DNA of 64,000 nt from an uncultured Gammaproteobacteria bacterium (GTDB taxonomy: Bacteria > Pseudomonadota > Gammaproteobacteria > Xanthomonadales > Xanthomonadaceae). A program made the translations under genes and the position numbers. Positions 63,664 through 64,000 of this stretch are shown piece after piece. Each line of letters starts with the position of its first letter. Position 1 is the first letter of the stretch. Below the pieces are notes generated by a model. That model saw only the letters and a program-made list of their open reading frames with translations. It was not told the DNA's origin and ran no database searches. The DNA lies in contig CAVSCB010000013.1 of the NCBI GenBank assembly GCA_963726305.1, positions 32,816-96,815 on the forward strand, read 5' to 3'.

Positions 63664-64000
63664 TCAGGAAACGCCGCGCTTGAGGATGAATTCGGCCAGC
63701 GCCAGGTCAGCCGGCGTGGTCACCTTGATGTTGTCCTCCGAGCCTTCGACCAGCCGCGGCTTCAATCCCAGGCGTTCCATCGCCATCGCCTCGTCGGTGA
63801 TGATCGCGCCTTCGCTCATGGCCGCCTGCAGGGCGCGGTCAGGCCACCGCGCCGGAACAACTGCGGCGTCAACGCCCGCCACAGCAATTCGCGCGGTTCG
63901 GTCATGCTGCTGCGCAGTTGGTCGTCCGCGCGCTTGATCGTGTCGCGTACCGGCGCGGCCAGGATCGCGCCGACCGGATCCGCCTGGCCGATCGCCAGCG
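63664..64000 (-). CDS. ispD: MEP cytidylyltransferase IspD, 3' part, frameshifted
   Basis: [16 protein letters not shown]...[10 protein letters not shown]; immediately upstream of ispF. Confidence 0.88.
   Translation of the reverse strand, partial: AGDRPGGSGRRDPGRAGTRHDQARGRPTAQQHDRTARIAVAGVDAAVVPARWPDRALQAAMSEGAIITDEAMAMERLGLKPRLVEGSEDNIKVTTPADLALAEFILKRGVS

Overview
High-GC chromosomal window. Gene content and order (psd, minCDE, parC-asnB, dapE-dapD-glnD-map, rpsB-tsf, ispDF-truD-surE-pcm-yqaA-nlpD with no rpoS) suggest a Xanthomonadales/Lysobacterales gammaproteobacterium (inference). Many genes, including essential ones, carry 1-bp frameshifts. I read these as uncorrected long-read indels, so ends of split genes are approximate. 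I found no rRNA, tRNA, CRISPR array, prophage or transposase. Three things stand out. (1) A complete ribosome-mediated transcription attenuator sits upstream of asnB: an apparently leaderless 39-aa peptide with an NNLNNNNRN tract, an antiterminator helix overlapping its stop codon, and a mutually exclusive terminator. This would be an asparagine-sensing attenuator, outside the classical Trp/His/Phe/Thr/Leu/Ilv set. (2) Two convergent operons form a putative N-demethylation/C1 cluster: two PYROXD2/phytoene-dehydrogenase-like flavoproteins, a GcvT-like protein, a Rieske oxygenase, an APC permease, PurU and a BetI-like TetR. The two promoters share a 21-bp operator. (3) An operon for a long PLP amino-acid decarboxylase, two AspT-type antiporters and an OprD porin lies behind an FNR-type box placed at -41.5.
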